This document shows positions 53,107-64,000 of a DNA stretch of 64,000 bases, in pieces (position 1 is the stretch's first letter; each line of letters opens with the position of its first letter). The stretch comes from Podarcis liolepis. Its lineage: Eukaryota. A model generated the notes under the pieces. It saw only the letters and a program-made list of their open reading frames with translations. It ran no database searches and was not told where the DNA came from. The stretch lies in the NCBI GenBank assembly GCA_965112155.1, contig OZ218103.1. One strand, 5' to 3'. Made by a program: the position numbers and the translations under genes.

Positions 53107-56033
53107 TCTCACACAATTCCTAGGAATAACTGCTTGGGAATTATTAATTTGGAAGCTGCCAAGCTTGCTAATATTGTATTGGAATCCGTATTCATGGTTA
53201 TAGATGGATTTCATTTATTTTTTAAAATGGGCATATTTCAAGGGGGGAAATGAATCAATGGAAAATATTCCAGAAAAAAATTCCTCAACAATGAGGTGGA
53301 GGGAAGGCACTGAATGGTAGGTTACACCATTTGCAGTAAGGAAGAGGCTATTTCATTGATTATAGTAATGTAAAGAAACTTCATTTTCACCATCAACATT
53401 TTCTAAGCTTAACTATATATTTGAAATAAACTAGGTACAGTGCCACAGAAACCTTACGATGTTCCTAAGATGCTTAAATGTGTCCAAAAGATCAGCATCT
53501 AGCTTTGTTTCATAGCAATGGATTAAAAATGGATATCCAGCATCTTTCAGGGTTGAGACTTAATTCCTTGTACTTTATGTAAATTAATGAATCTGAATCA
53601 GATATTTCTACAGTAGAATCAGTCATTTATTACAAAATTCAAAATACCAAAACAACATATATGTAATTCTTTTCAAATTATATCAGAATTTACAACAAAA
53701 CCATTAGAAAGATGTAGAAGCAGCACATAAAAAACTACAGCAAGCCATGTTGCTGCACCAGCACTCATTTCTGGTAGCCATTTTCTTTTTGTATCAAACA
53801 CTGACGATTCTGCATTTCTTACTGCACTCTCCCTTTAAACCTGAAGGTGGCAATAATTAACTTGTGCTCTTTTCTATTTTTCTATAAGCTTACACCAAAG
53901 AATATTTCCATCTAACGCAACTTTCATCTGCTTTTCAACTACGCACTATTGCAGAACAAAACTATGCCAATTTTAAAATGAACCCACTCTTCTTCCTTCT
54001 GGTAAACTAGGAAATTTGAAGAGAACTATTCATTTACCCTATTGTAGGCTACAATTACCCCCTCAAAATCTGACTTACAACTGGAAGCTTGCAAAAATCC
54101 ATAGAATCTAAAAATCTATGCTTTCAGGCCTTCCTGCTTCTCCAGTCATCTTCCCACTAGCCATAAATAGACCCATCAATCTCTAACTGGTATGAGATTT
54201 CCACAGATTGTTCTGACATGTTCCAGCAGCTCAGCCAATGTCTTCAGGATGCCTACAAGTCCCAGCATATTTGCAAGGTTGAGGCCCCACCCCTTCCCTC
54301 TGAGTTGAAGAGAATGCCTCATCCCTTTGGAAATGCTTGTAGCATGCCCAAGCCCAGCACAATTGGGGAGAGGGGACTCGGAAGCAGCCTTTTTTCCAAG
54401 TCTATACCATATTTGTTACCACATTCACTGTCCTATATTCAAAGTAACTCCTCCAATCAACACCCAGGAACAACACAAAAACTCAACTTTAGTATTACCA
54501 GCTAACTAACACAAGATACAGATCTATCCAAATTACAAGGTAATGTATCTTGAATGGTATGAACACTCCAACGTGCTGTAACAGTATGATTATTAATCAT
54601 ATGCATTAACTGTACAGCACTTGGGGGTAACTATGCATTTGAATACAAACAAAACTGGTATGTTTTGCCTACAAACTCACTACCCAAGAGTAACTGAAAT
54701 CAGATAAAAGGAGAATGATGGAGAAGGGAGAAGGAAAACTCTGAGGAAAGATATGGATCCTTAGCAGCTCTTTAAAATATAGAGACCAAGGGAGATGTCT
54801 GTTACGTCAGGAAGCAGGGCATTCCGGTGGAAGGAAACAGCCAAAAGGATGGCAAGAAGGAAGAAATATTGGGCTTGATAAGTAGAAGGGTGTCAGCAGA
54901 GTGAAGGGAATGTGATGGACAAGGTGGTGAAGAGATGAGAAAAATGCTTTATAAGTTTGATCAGAAGGTAAAATAAAAATATAACAATGAAAACCAAGCA
55001 AGAGAACAAAGTGGAAAATTATGAGGCAACCAGAAGACACTTAAGACAGCAGGCAGCAGATCTAAAAACTGTAGGAAGCTTGAGACAAGAGTTAGTAAAG
55101 TTGTACGTAATTCATTACAAAATCAACAGAAGACAAAGCAAGATTTGACTAATGTTTTATCTGTAGTAGAAGAAAACATTTCATGACTTTATTTTGTTCT
55201 AAATATTAAAATTCAGCTTCTCTCAATTGAATTACCAACTTGGACTGCTGAAAAAACTACTACAAAAATGTTCTTTTTCATTTCCAAAAGGTACTCCACC
55301 TTAGATACTGCTGAGCTGTGAATAGATTCTATCACCAGTGCTTATTCTGTATTAAGCTTTAGTTTGATGTTTATCCCTTCCAAATGATAGTATTTTTTTA
55401 CAATTCAACCATACATGCGATATCTGATTAAATAAATCCTAACTTATTTTCATTTCTATCATTGTACAATTCCTGACATTATAATGCCCAGAAGATTTCA
55501 GTAACTATATGATTAACTTAAATATATATTTCAGAGTTCATTCCTACTTAGCTATAAAAACACGCCAATATAGTATGAAGCAAGAATATCGTGAAGAATT
55601 GTGTACCAGGCTGCCAAAAGTGGGCAGGCCACACAAGCAGGTTTCTCTGCTCTGGCAACCAAACCAGGCCTCCATATATCCATGTATCATAATGAAAGCA
55701 CCATGATGCCAAATACGGTACTATAAATGTCTCCTGAGGCTTCCCAGCAAAGGCCTGATTTCACCTTTTCCTAAGTCAGGCACATTTAAATTTTATCCAT
55801 TTCAAAGTTGAAATTCTGCAGTCAAAATCTGAATCTTGAAATCAATAGTATTTTTAAATGTCAATTCACCTCTGGCTGCTAATGATCAACAGAAAATGAA
55901 TGGGCTGAGGAAGAATTCTTATTTATCCACACTGCTAGTTTACGGGGCAATTAGTTGCTGACATTTATCAGATTTTTATACCATCCTTAAATTGGAAAAA
56001 ATTCCAAGATTTGTCTATGGTAGACGACTAACC

Positions 56034-56166
56034 TAAGGTTACCAGGTGTCCCCGTTTCCTGGGGACAGTCCCCGGATTTACAAATCAGTCCCCTGACAAA
56101 ATCCATCTATTTAGTAGGAAGTTGAAAAGTGTCCCTGGATTCATTGAAAAACATTTGGGAACCTTA
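56034..56166. mobile_element. hAT (Blackjack-like) MITE
   Basis: TIR TAAGGTTACCA/TGGGAACCTTA, perfect 8-bp TSD GACTAACC. Confidence 0.85.
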
Positions 56167-56795
56167 GACTAACCTGCAATTACAGCTTATGCAGAATTAA
56201 CTCACTACATAACCAAGGTCTGACCTCTAGAAGAAGTAAGCAAACTGCCTTCCATCAACACCTGTACAAATGCTAGCAGTTGGAATTTGCTTTCAGCACT
56301 CACCCATCTTGCTGTCCTGCGTAAGACAGCTACCACAGCTCTGCCACACACCCAACAAATAGCTGCTGCAAAAGCCTAAGTGAAAACTAAGTGTGCAATG
56401 ACAAAAGCTCAGTGTTTGCAGGGTGAGATGACTGGTAGGCAAGTGCCATCTCCAACCACTGTCATCTATATTTACTACCACTGAAAGGGAGACCTCTTCC
56501 CAGAAATATATACAGGTAAAAGGATGGGCATTCCTGAAGCTGTATCTTCATTAACGGATTCAACAAGGATTCTTCATTTCTAAAGTGAATAAGGATGCCA
56601 ATATAATTTTCCACAGCTGACATGGGAACATTAAATGAGATTCCTGCATTTCAGGGGGTTGGACTAGATGACCCACGGGGTCCCTTCCAATTGTACAATT
56701 CTAGGAGGCAAACCCAGCTCAACTCTAGTCTCTTTTTGGCACCCCATCACAGATCTACAGGAGAAAGGCATCAGTCATCCTGTAATTTATAGTGT

Positions 56796-56948
56796 GGGGA
56801 CGACAGAGAACGAGATGGTTGGACAGTGTTCTCGAAGCTAGCAGCATGAGTTTGACCAAACTGCGGGAGGCAGTGGAAGACAGGAGTACCTGGCGTGCTC
56901 TGGTCCATGGGGTCACGAAGAGTCGGACACAACTAAACAACAACAACA
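56796..56948 (+). mobile_element. BovB/RTE LINE 5'-truncated 3' end
   Basis: GAGATGGTTGGA...CCTGGCGTGCTCTGGTCCATGGGGTCACGAAGAGTCGGACAC with (CAA)n tail. 12-bp TSD AATTTATAGTGT/AATTTAAAGTGT. Confidence 0.9.
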
Positions 56949-56978
56949 AATTTAAAGTGTAGATTTATAAACATAAAG

Positions 56979-57345
56979 CAGTGGTTTTCAACCAGTGTGC
57001 CATGGCACCCTGGGATGCCTTGAATGATGGTCAGGGGTGCCACGGGCAATACTATCCTGTCCCTCTTCCTTCCCCCCCCCTTTCTCTGATGCCCTGTGAG
57101 GAGGCACCTCTCTTTGGGGTGGGATGGAGCAGCTCAGACACCAGGGACTGCCCAGAGGAATCCAAGGGAAAGGGAAGAGGAGGCTGAGGGAACACACAAG
57201 GGAGGGTGTTTGAAAAAAGGGTGATAGGCTGCCAGCTCTGCAGACAAAGGGAGACATAACTGGGCTCCTGTGCCCCACAGGGGTGCCACAGAAAGAATGC
57301 AGTTCATCAAGGGAACCGTGGACCCAAAAAGGTTGAAAACCTCAG
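56979..57345. mobile_element. hAT MITE
   Basis: TIR CAGTGGTTTTCAACC/GGTTGAAAACCTCAG, 8-bp TSD ACATAAAG/GCATAAAG. Confidence 0.8.
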
Positions 57346-59569
57346 GCATAAAGTACCACAAGTAACCACTACAACTGGTCATAGTACCTACAGTATATGC
57401 AACGACTAACACTGTAGCTACTTCTGAATACACAGCAATGGCTTGAAATTTTCAAGAATCAAGACAATCACTACAAATACTATCAGAAACACTGCCTAAC
57501 TCTAGAGCGAATGAATGGATATTTACACAGAACAGGACAGAAAGTGGTACAACAGAAAATCATTCTCCTCCTTTCCACAGCCCAGTCATCGGCAAATTGT
57601 GTGATTTCTGAAAATACATTTGCCATCTCTTAGCAGCAGCTGGGAGACAGGGAAAAAAAACATAAAAATCTCCATTCCAGCCTCCAGGCAGGAGGTAACT
57701 TGACACTTTGACATCACAACAGCAGATAAAATGATGGAAAGTTTGGAGATTAGCTATTCAGCCTTTATAGTTTGGCCTAAGAGTATAAAGCTTTATATTT
57801 CATTGCAACTTAAAGCAGTTTGTTATTAACAGCGGGATGTTCCTGGACAATGTATTTAGTACTTTTTATAACAGCCAAAGCTTTTAAAACAATGTTATAA
57901 ACATTAAGCTCTGATGAGCGTGCAGCAAAACCAACATGGCACATGCATGCATTCAAGTCTCTGGCAGAGAACCAAAGTCTCTGCACACAGGAAAAACACT
58001 TCCATACACATGATGCAGCTTGCCTGTTTTCCTGTGATAGAGGCCCCTCACAGGGCCCTCCTTCAGAGGGTCTCAAAAGCTCTTTTCAGGAGGTGCAAGA
58101 GGCTACTGTTGAAGGGGGGGGGGACCAATGAGCCCCGAAAGATAAGAGGAGACTGTGAATGGCACTTTTGATCCAAGCCTCTCTCCATGGTTGCCCTGCT
58201 TTGATGACATAGATGCTTCCGTTATTCTGGCTGCCACTGCCTTACCACAGCTGTGACAGTCAATTGTCAATGGCGAAAAAGAATTGTCCCCAGGCAATCA
58301 ACTACTGTGTCCCAATTCTTCCTCTGAACCTTGAAGAACTCCTTGCTTGCATGCCAGAAGACTATATCCCAGGCTCTCTCCCTTTCTGCAATGAGGAAAA
58401 AGTCCTGAGCCCTACCTACAAAACACACCCCTTTATTACAGGTGTATAGTGATTCTTTCTTCCTGCCAGTCCTAAAACTAGAAGTCTAAGCCTGAAAGTG
58501 AAAGGCTAAGAAAGTAAAAGGCTAAGTTTCATACACAGAGGAACTCTTTCAGGTAGAAAAGAAAGTGGCAACACAGAGGCTAGGAGCTGCCTCAGTATGG
58601 AGTTTCTGGCTGGCATATTTCAGTAAGCAAGACTTAAGTCCACCAGCGCAATACAAAGCTGTCCGAAAGTATATGCCATCTCTTACTATTTTTCTCAGAT
58701 CCTTCACTGAAATAAAAGAATCAGTGTTATATTTGTCATTTGAAGTAATACTTTAGCTTGAATTCTAAATGTTCAAGTAAGCACCTATCAGCACTATAGT
58801 GACTTACATCCAAGAGTGTTTATTTTTCTCTTAGAAATGCCAATTGACTTTTTTTTAAAGGCATGCAAATTTGAAAACAAGATCTTCTGATGCTCCTCTT
58901 TTTTTAAAGAAAAATCACGACTTTAACCAAATCCTGACTTAATGATATGGAAAAATTGGTTCAGTCCCATAAATGTAATGAATGTTCCAATGCTTCTGAA
59001 CACTAGGGATAAATAATTTATGAGGAAACAAGGAATATAACAAACACTAACAAAAACATTGACTCCTAAACTGCTTTTTTAGTTTACCTTCTAGAGGCAA
59101 TATGAATACTGTTAGTAATAAGCCCATTTGGCCATTGCACTCACTAGTTCTGTGGTTTGGTTTTTGCTAAGCCCAACACATGCTAAAGTTATTGGCCCCA
59201 TTCACATTTAACACTAAGCAAAATCATGGTATAGCAAGAAAGCAAATGTGGGTTCCCGGATCACAGTCAGTGCACTCCTCCCTCACTGATGTGAGCTAAG
59301 TCATGGTTTAGCTCAGCATTACATCTAAATTCAGGCCTATGGCTTATCTCACTCAAGACAAACCATGAAGTTTGTTTTTTGTGTATCATTTGTGGTTTTT
59401 CTGAAGGAGCAAAACTGCAGGCACAACACTAAGGCAAATCATGACTTTGCCGCAGATAGCAAGGTGGTAGCAAACCTCGCCAGTGATGACTTTTCCTGGA
59501 ATAGCAGGTTTCAAATATTTGTGTCACTTTCGTGGAATATTCAGGACAGATAAAAGAAAGTACATCTCC

Positions 59570-59880
59570 ATGCAGTGCATAGTGAAACTATGCCTCAGGA
59601 GGCAGTAATAACCACCAACTTGGATGGCTTTAAGAGAGAATTAAATTCATGGAGGAGAGGGCTGTCAATGGCTGCTAGTTATGATAGCTATGCTCTACCT
59701 CCACTGTTGGAGGCAGCAATGTCAGTTGGTGGCAATGGGAAGGGAAAGTGCTTGTGTGCTCATGTTGCGCTTATAAGCTTCCCACAGGGATCTGGCTGGC
59801 CATTGAGAACAAGATGCTGGACTAGATGAGCCACACACTGGCCTGATCCAGCAGGCTGTTCTTACATTCGTATGTTCTTA
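59570..59880 (+). mobile_element. CR1-like LINE 3' fragment
   Basis: CCAACTTGGATGGCTTTAAGAGAGAATT... and the terminal GGACTAGATG...GGCCTGATCCAGCAGGCTGTTCTTA...ATGTTCTTA. Confidence 0.65.
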
Positions 59881-60524
59881 AGAGCAAAGCAGGCTCTGTT
59901 CACATTCAAAATGAATAATGAATTAGTAAGTAAAAGTGTAATTGAGATGCATGTTTTCCCAATCACATCTCTATGTATCTAAGCGGGAACTCAAATCCAG
60001 ACCTTCCTAGTCTATCTACCCTACTTCTGGACAACTCTTCTTACTTTTAATAAAGCCTTTCTGACACATTAATGCTGCACAATGCTATCTCTTTTACCTA
60101 CCCAGACCAATTAAAAAATAAAAGCATCATCAAGTATGAAAAAGTAGTTTTCCTTGCAGCACCAGTATTTTGAAATATACTCATATGTCAAGAGTATTGG
60201 TACATCCAGGGTCGTAAGAACTTCAGTATCTTGTGGACAATTTGATGTGATAAACTACACTAAGTACACACTTTAGCAGCCATCTTAAGGAAACCATGAC
60301 AATATTCCCAAATCATTGGTTTAAGGTGTGCTACTTATACATTAATCTGAAACTGTGTCCTGTATTTCTGAATAAGGTTCCACAAATGGGCCCAATATCA
60401 CATCACTTTTGAGCCTTAATTTTGCATACTGCTTTTAAATATTACTTTATTTCCAGTTATTATTAAATTAATCCCCAAAACATGAGTAAGAGAAAGATTC
60501 TCCTCTACTCTCAATTTACAAATA

Positions 60525-60750
60525 CAGTGGTACCTCGGGTTAAGAACTTAATTCGGTCCGGAGGTCCATTCTTAACCTGAAACTGTTCTTAACCTGAAGC
60601 ACCACTTTAGCTAATGGGGCCTCCTGCTGCCACCGCACCGCCGAAGCACGATTTCTGTTCTCATCCTGAAGCAAAGTTCTTAACCCAAGGTACTATTTCT
60701 GGGTTAGCAGAGTCTGTAACCTGAAGCGTATGTAATGTGAGGCACCACTG
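60525..60750. mobile_element. Tigger-like MITE
   Basis: TIR CAGTGGTACCTC/GAGGCACCACTG, TA flanks, internal TAACCTGAA repeats. Confidence 0.85.
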
Positions 60751-62639
60751 TAACTGAAAAGCTACATATTAAAACTGTTTTTCCTTTCTTGCATTAACTT
60801 TTGAAAGACTGGCAAATTTCATGTGTCACTCCTGATAATGTGGATGTGTTTCAGGTTCATGTTTTCAGCCCCTTTTTTAACTTTTCCCCTTCTTATCTCA
60901 TACCTTATATTACTTAGGGTAAAGTAACATGCAAAGAAAACAGTAACTTGCCCAATAGTGTGTCCAAGCCCATGAAGTGACCTGAATATGAACCAGAGCT
61001 CCTATGTTAAAAACTCTACTGATCCACTAGTACCATCTCTACTGTTGCAAAAGGATTGTCATATTGACCTTTTCTTTGCACTCTGCATTGTTTTGGTGAA
61101 TTGACAGCTTTTTTAATTTACATTTTAGCTTATGTTGTTTTGTCAAGTATTTTCAAGTCCTCCTTGCCATACGACTTTCACACCAGGAAGTACGTAGAAT
61201 CAGTGATCAAAAGTCCCATTGTTCTGGGCACATTTTGCGACAGGGAATTTCTTTAGTGCAAGCAGCTTCTGAGCTCCAGAAACAGTACTGCACCTAAGAT
61301 TTCCAATTAAAACCGCAGTGTGGAAGGAAAGGAGGACCTTTTTCTGCCTCCTAACTACCAGCTACTCTCCAAAGACTGGAGAAGAGACCCTCTTAAGAAT
61401 ACTAGGGGGGTGGACAGGGAAAGGACTAGACCATGTGAAAAATGAACATAAGATTTAGCCGCCGTTAATTCATTTTCAGCTTCGTATTATAAAAAAGTAT
61501 GCCCAGACATTCCGTTGCTGCGCCTGCAACCTTGGTTTAAGGTGCTTTTTAGCTCCTGGCTTTCATATCTCCGTTTCTAATTCTGCGTAGAATCGTAGTC
61601 TCCTGAAGCCTTACCTATGCTAAAGCAGCAAAATTCTTCCGCCCAAATTCTTTCACATCTTGAAATTCATCAACCTGGGGACAAGGAATTCCAAACGTTA
61701 GTTCTCCCATCAAAACACAACGCAGGTGATTTACACCCTCACACATTCTGGTAGCCTAACAGTTACATCACGAGTGCCTGGTTAAGATTTGCCGGTGGAG
61801 GCATTTTCTCGCCCTGCAATGTGAGCGCCAGACCAAGAGAAGAGCAACAAGTGTGTGTACAAGAGCTTGGAATCATTTCGGGACACCATCCCTAGGCAAC
61901 TGCACAGTGCAGGGACTCCGCTGCAGATTAGTACCAACGGTTACTATTGTCCCTGGTGCGTTTTTACACGTTCCAGTTCCAGAACTTCCCTGGCACGTTT
62001 ATAGAAGTTGCCGAGCTCGCAGGAGGAGGCGAGCCTTACCGACCCAGCGAGCTGAAAGGGGAGCTTCAGGGGAGAAAGCAGTCCGCTTCCACCGGCGAGA
62101 AGCCGCGGAACTCGGTCGGATCGCGAAACTCAAGGGCGCAGCGAGGCTAGAGCCTCGGCGGCCTTGTGCTGGTGCCGTTTGCAACGGGGACCAAGCTTGG
62201 GGGGGGGCTTGAAAGTGGCACCCGGGAGGCCCAGGTACTTTCACCTGGCCTGGGAGTGGGGAGGGGGAAACAAACAAAAGTAGCCAAGGCGCCCCATAGA
62301 CGAGAAGGAGCCCCTAGTTTCACCTGGCCGTTTCACCCCCACCCGCTGCTAGGGTGACCTCGCTATTTCCACGGCCTTCCCGAGCTGGGGGGTCGCCCCG
62401 GCTTCCTCTCCCCACGCCCGCGGCCTCCTCCGAGCGAAAACCCTTCTCAGAGGAGGCCCCGGCTCTCCGGTGTCCGGCCCAGTCGGAGCCGCGGGAGGAC
62501 GAGGAGGCCGGAGGAGGAGGCGGCCGGCGGCGGCTTACCCCGCCCCCTCCCCCCCCCCGCCGTCCGAGGCTTCGCTCTGAGGGGAGAAGAACGAGCCCAT
62601 CTTCCCGCCTGCGAGGCCGCCTCTCCCCCAGCCACTCAC

Positions 62640-62760
62640 CCCGGCCCGGCCGCAGTCCCTTTGCCGCACCGGAGGCAGCCGCCATGTTCCCTGATGCGAC
62701 AGGAGGGAGACGAGACCCCTCCCCCTCCCCTCCGGCCCCCCTCCCTCCTTCCCGCGCGCG
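62640..62760 (-). other. ZNF644: Candidate first exon 1a (5' end approximate)
   Basis: Consensus donor GGG|GTGAGT at 62640/62639, just downstream of the YY1-type site within the CpG island. Confidence 0.6.
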
Positions 62761-62847
62761 CTCTCCCCGCCCGTTCCCAGACCGCCCCCCTCCCCTCTTC
62801 CCTCCCACCCCTCCCGTAATGAATAATAATCATAACGGAAAACTCAC

Positions 62848-62930
62848 GGGCTCGCCAGGGCGTGCGTCACGCCGAGGGAGGGAGCGGGGGGAGGTGGGGG
62901 GCTCTTGCGTGAGGCGTCGTGACGGCATCA
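62848..62930 (-). other. ZNF644: Candidate alternative first exon 1b (5' end approximate)
   Basis: Donor CCC|GTGAGT at 62848/62847 followed by a U-rich tract, downstream of the NRF1/ETS-like motifs. Confidence 0.45.
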
Positions 62931-63199
62931 CGCCGACCCACCTAAAGGCGCATGTGCGGAGGCTGCTGCTGCTTCTTCCCGCCCCTCGCCCGCCTTTGCC
63001 CTCCTTTCCCGAACTTGCTTCCTCTGGGCCGCCGGTTTCCGGCCTGGCTCGGGCTGCCACCCGTCCGGGTTTGGCCGGACGCCGCTGGTATTCCGAATCG
63101 ACGTCGGGGAGAGCACAAGGTCTGTTGTCACCAGCGGATATCCTGGGTCTCAGTTGATGCAAACGGAAAAAGCTGAAGTAAGGAATCTGGCCCGTCGCT

Positions 63200-63510
63200 T
63201 TCTTCTGACAATATGCCATCATCTAGTTTTCGCCCTTCATCAGACATTTAAAAACTCCCAATACAGATGTCTTCCCAAAGTCAGATAGTTGTTTATCTCC
63301 TTAACATCTGAAGGAAGGGCGCCACTACGGAGAAGGCCCTCTGCCTGGTTCCCTGTAACTTCGCATCTCACACTGAGGAAACCAGAAGAGGACCTTTGGA
63401 AGTAGACCTCAGTGTCCGGGCTGAGCGATGGGGGTGAAGATGTTCCTTCAGGTATACTGGGACAAAGCCATTTAGGGCTTTGAAGGTCAGCACCAACACT
63501 TTGAAGGGAA
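63200..63510 (-). mobile_element. L2-clade LINE 3' fragment
   Basis: Minus-strand translation FKVLVLTFKALNGFVPVYLKEHLHPHRSARTLRS is a typical L2 ORF2 tail. Confidence 0.8.
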
Positions 63511-63940
63511 GGACAGGAGGGGTCCAATGGCACTGGAGAAACAGGGACAGCGGCGGCTTCTGGGTTTCAGTGATATCTTGTGATGCTCTCACAAGATCTG
63601 GGTGCTGCCAGTGCTTCTCACATCTCCAGCAGCAGGGGCGATGGGGTCAAGATGCACCTGGGGTGTCGCCAGAAAATGCTGCCAGCGCAACAGCGGATGA
63701 AACTCTTCACCACCTAACAATCAAGGCAATAAAATAATTAAAATAGTTTACATTTTTTTAAAAAATACAAGCCGCTGATGAAGCTTCACACCACTTATGG
63801 GAATGTAAGAACACCACAAAAACACCCCCAGTTCCAAAGGCTGGGTACCTGCTGAGAAAAATGGCTTTTCGAGAGTAAAAACCATCAGGGAGGAAGCCAA
63901 CTGGGCCTTCCTAGGAATGGATATTCCATAATCTCTAGAG

Positions 63941-64000
63941 CAGGGGTCGGCAAACTTTTTCAGCAAGGGGCTGGTCCACTGTCCCTCAGACCTTGTGGGG
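63941..64000. mobile_element. Same hAT MITE family, opposite orientation, truncated by window end
   Basis: CAGGGGTCGGCAAACTTTTTCAGC...CTCAGACCTTGTGGGG is close to the reverse complement of the right end of 29438-29688. Confidence 0.85.

Larger units (their letters stand above)
61900..63160. promoter_or_regulatory. ZNF644: CpG island / ZNF644 promoter
   Basis: Abruptly GC- and CpG-rich. YY1-type GCCGCCATGTT at 62678-62688, NRF1-like GCGCATGTGCG at 62948-62958, ETS-like TTCCGG at 63037-63042, GC boxes and GTGACG half-sites. Confidence 0.9.

Noticed and set aside
61853-63222. Several long overlapping ORFs in the CpG island (e.g. 267 aa)
   Set aside because: Low-complexity Pro/Arg/Gly ORFs expected from stop-codon scarcity in GC-rich DNA.

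Overview
Vertebrate genomic DNA, almost certainly a squamate (probably lacertid) lizard, judging by a Sauria SINE, a BovB 3' end and typical squamate MITEs. The window holds essentially one complete gene, ZNF644 (G9a/GLP-associated C2H2 zinc-finger protein, WIZ paralogue), on the minus strand. A CpG-island promoter with several candidate first-exon donors lies at ~61.9-63.2 kb and a candidate small exon 2 at 42125-42204. Coding exons are 25115-22142, 21943-21341, 18543-18421 (cassette), 8867-8765 and 7612-7420, all with GT-AG boundaries and consistent phases (1331 aa with the cassette, 1290 aa without). A ~1.5 kb 3'UTR ends near 5.9 kb. Introns carry many MITEs (Tc1/pogo-type and hAT), SINEs, LINE fragments, microsatellites and a 156-N assembly gap. 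I found no convincing novel multi-gene system. The most interesting signals are regulatory: a 5-bp duplication uncoupling the upstream reading frame from the main ORF, a cassette exon whose first bases rebuild a 5' splice site (possible recursive splicing), H3K9-mimic ARK motifs, uORFs, and inverted MITE pairs around exons 2-4.
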